A stretch of 64,000 nucleotides of DNA from Octopus vulgaris (Eukaryota), in assembly GCA_951406725.2 (NCBI GenBank), contig OX597822.1, forward strand, positions 29,388,001 to 29,452,000. Direction: 5' to 3'. Shown here in pieces: positions 63,417 through 64,000 of this stretch; positions within the stretch are counted from its first letter, which is position 1, and every line of letters begins with the position of its first letter. The notes beneath the pieces are model-generated. The model was given only the letters and a program-made list of their open reading frames with translations. It ran no database searches and was not told where the DNA came from. Made by a program: the position numbers and the translations under genes.

Positions 63417-64000
63417 GTAAGTCTCTAATTAACTTACAACATTTTTTTTTTTCACAAAAGTACATCTTGATAAAATGGTTGAATGGTTAAGGTATTAGGT
63501 CACCTGTATTTAGATATCTGGTTCAGATCTATTCCAGGTGTTTCATTATAAAGGGTAAAGACTCCCTTTGGTCATGAATGACAATGAGATTGCACTTAGA
63601 AAGTTCCCCTCCAAAGCACAAGTCCAGTTAAGGTTGTTTATGGAAGACCAGCAGTCAACCATGCATACCAGTCTCCCTGCTCCATGCAGATACAGTTTGG
63701 CACCAGTGATGTTGCAGGTCATGTTTACACAAACTCACTATCTCATAATTGTGTGCTCAATGCTCTACCCACTGAGCCATGCACTTATATATTCATTATA
63801 TATTCAAGCATTTGGATGAGATTACTAAATTTGAAGAAAACTCCTCCTCCTCCTCCTCCCTTCTCCCCTCCTCCCCTCCTCCCCTCCCCATCCCTTGTTT
63901 CAGTCAATTGATTGTGGCTATGCTGGAGCACCGCCTTTTAGTCGAGCAAATCGACCCCAGGACTTATTCTTTGTAAGCCTAGTACTTATTCCATCGGTCA

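Overview
AT-rich, microsatellite- and SINE-dense animal genomic DNA. The repeat repertoire resembles that of octopus/coleoid cephalopods (inference). One protein-coding gene can be assembled: 12 phase-compatible GT-AG exons on the + strand (35356-63416, 454 codons) of a GAP1-family Ras GTPase-activating protein (RASA3/RASA2-like), covering the second half of C2A, all of C2B and most of the RasGAP domain including the FRGN arginine finger and the FLR motif. Its canonical first two exons and the PH/BTK exons were not found in the window. The rest is intron-like DNA holding decayed DNA transposons (a full-length mariner, a DUF4817-type Tc1/mariner, a pogo/Tigger deletion derivative, MITEs), RTE and R4/Dong LINE fragments, several tRNA-derived SINE families and simple repeats. 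Nearly all ORFs in the supplied track are artefacts of these repeats. The most notable signal is a set of small non-coding repeats carrying minimal type I hammerhead ribozyme motifs: a tandem dimer with predicted cleavage sites 302 nt apart (retrozyme-like, 57.9-58.5 kb), a TSD-flanked tRNA-head plus hammerhead element (41.1-41.35 kb), and Penelope-like direct/inverted repeat units (27.6-28.1, 32.9-33.1, 61.6-61.8 kb). Boundaries of decayed repeats are approximate and no database search or folding was run.
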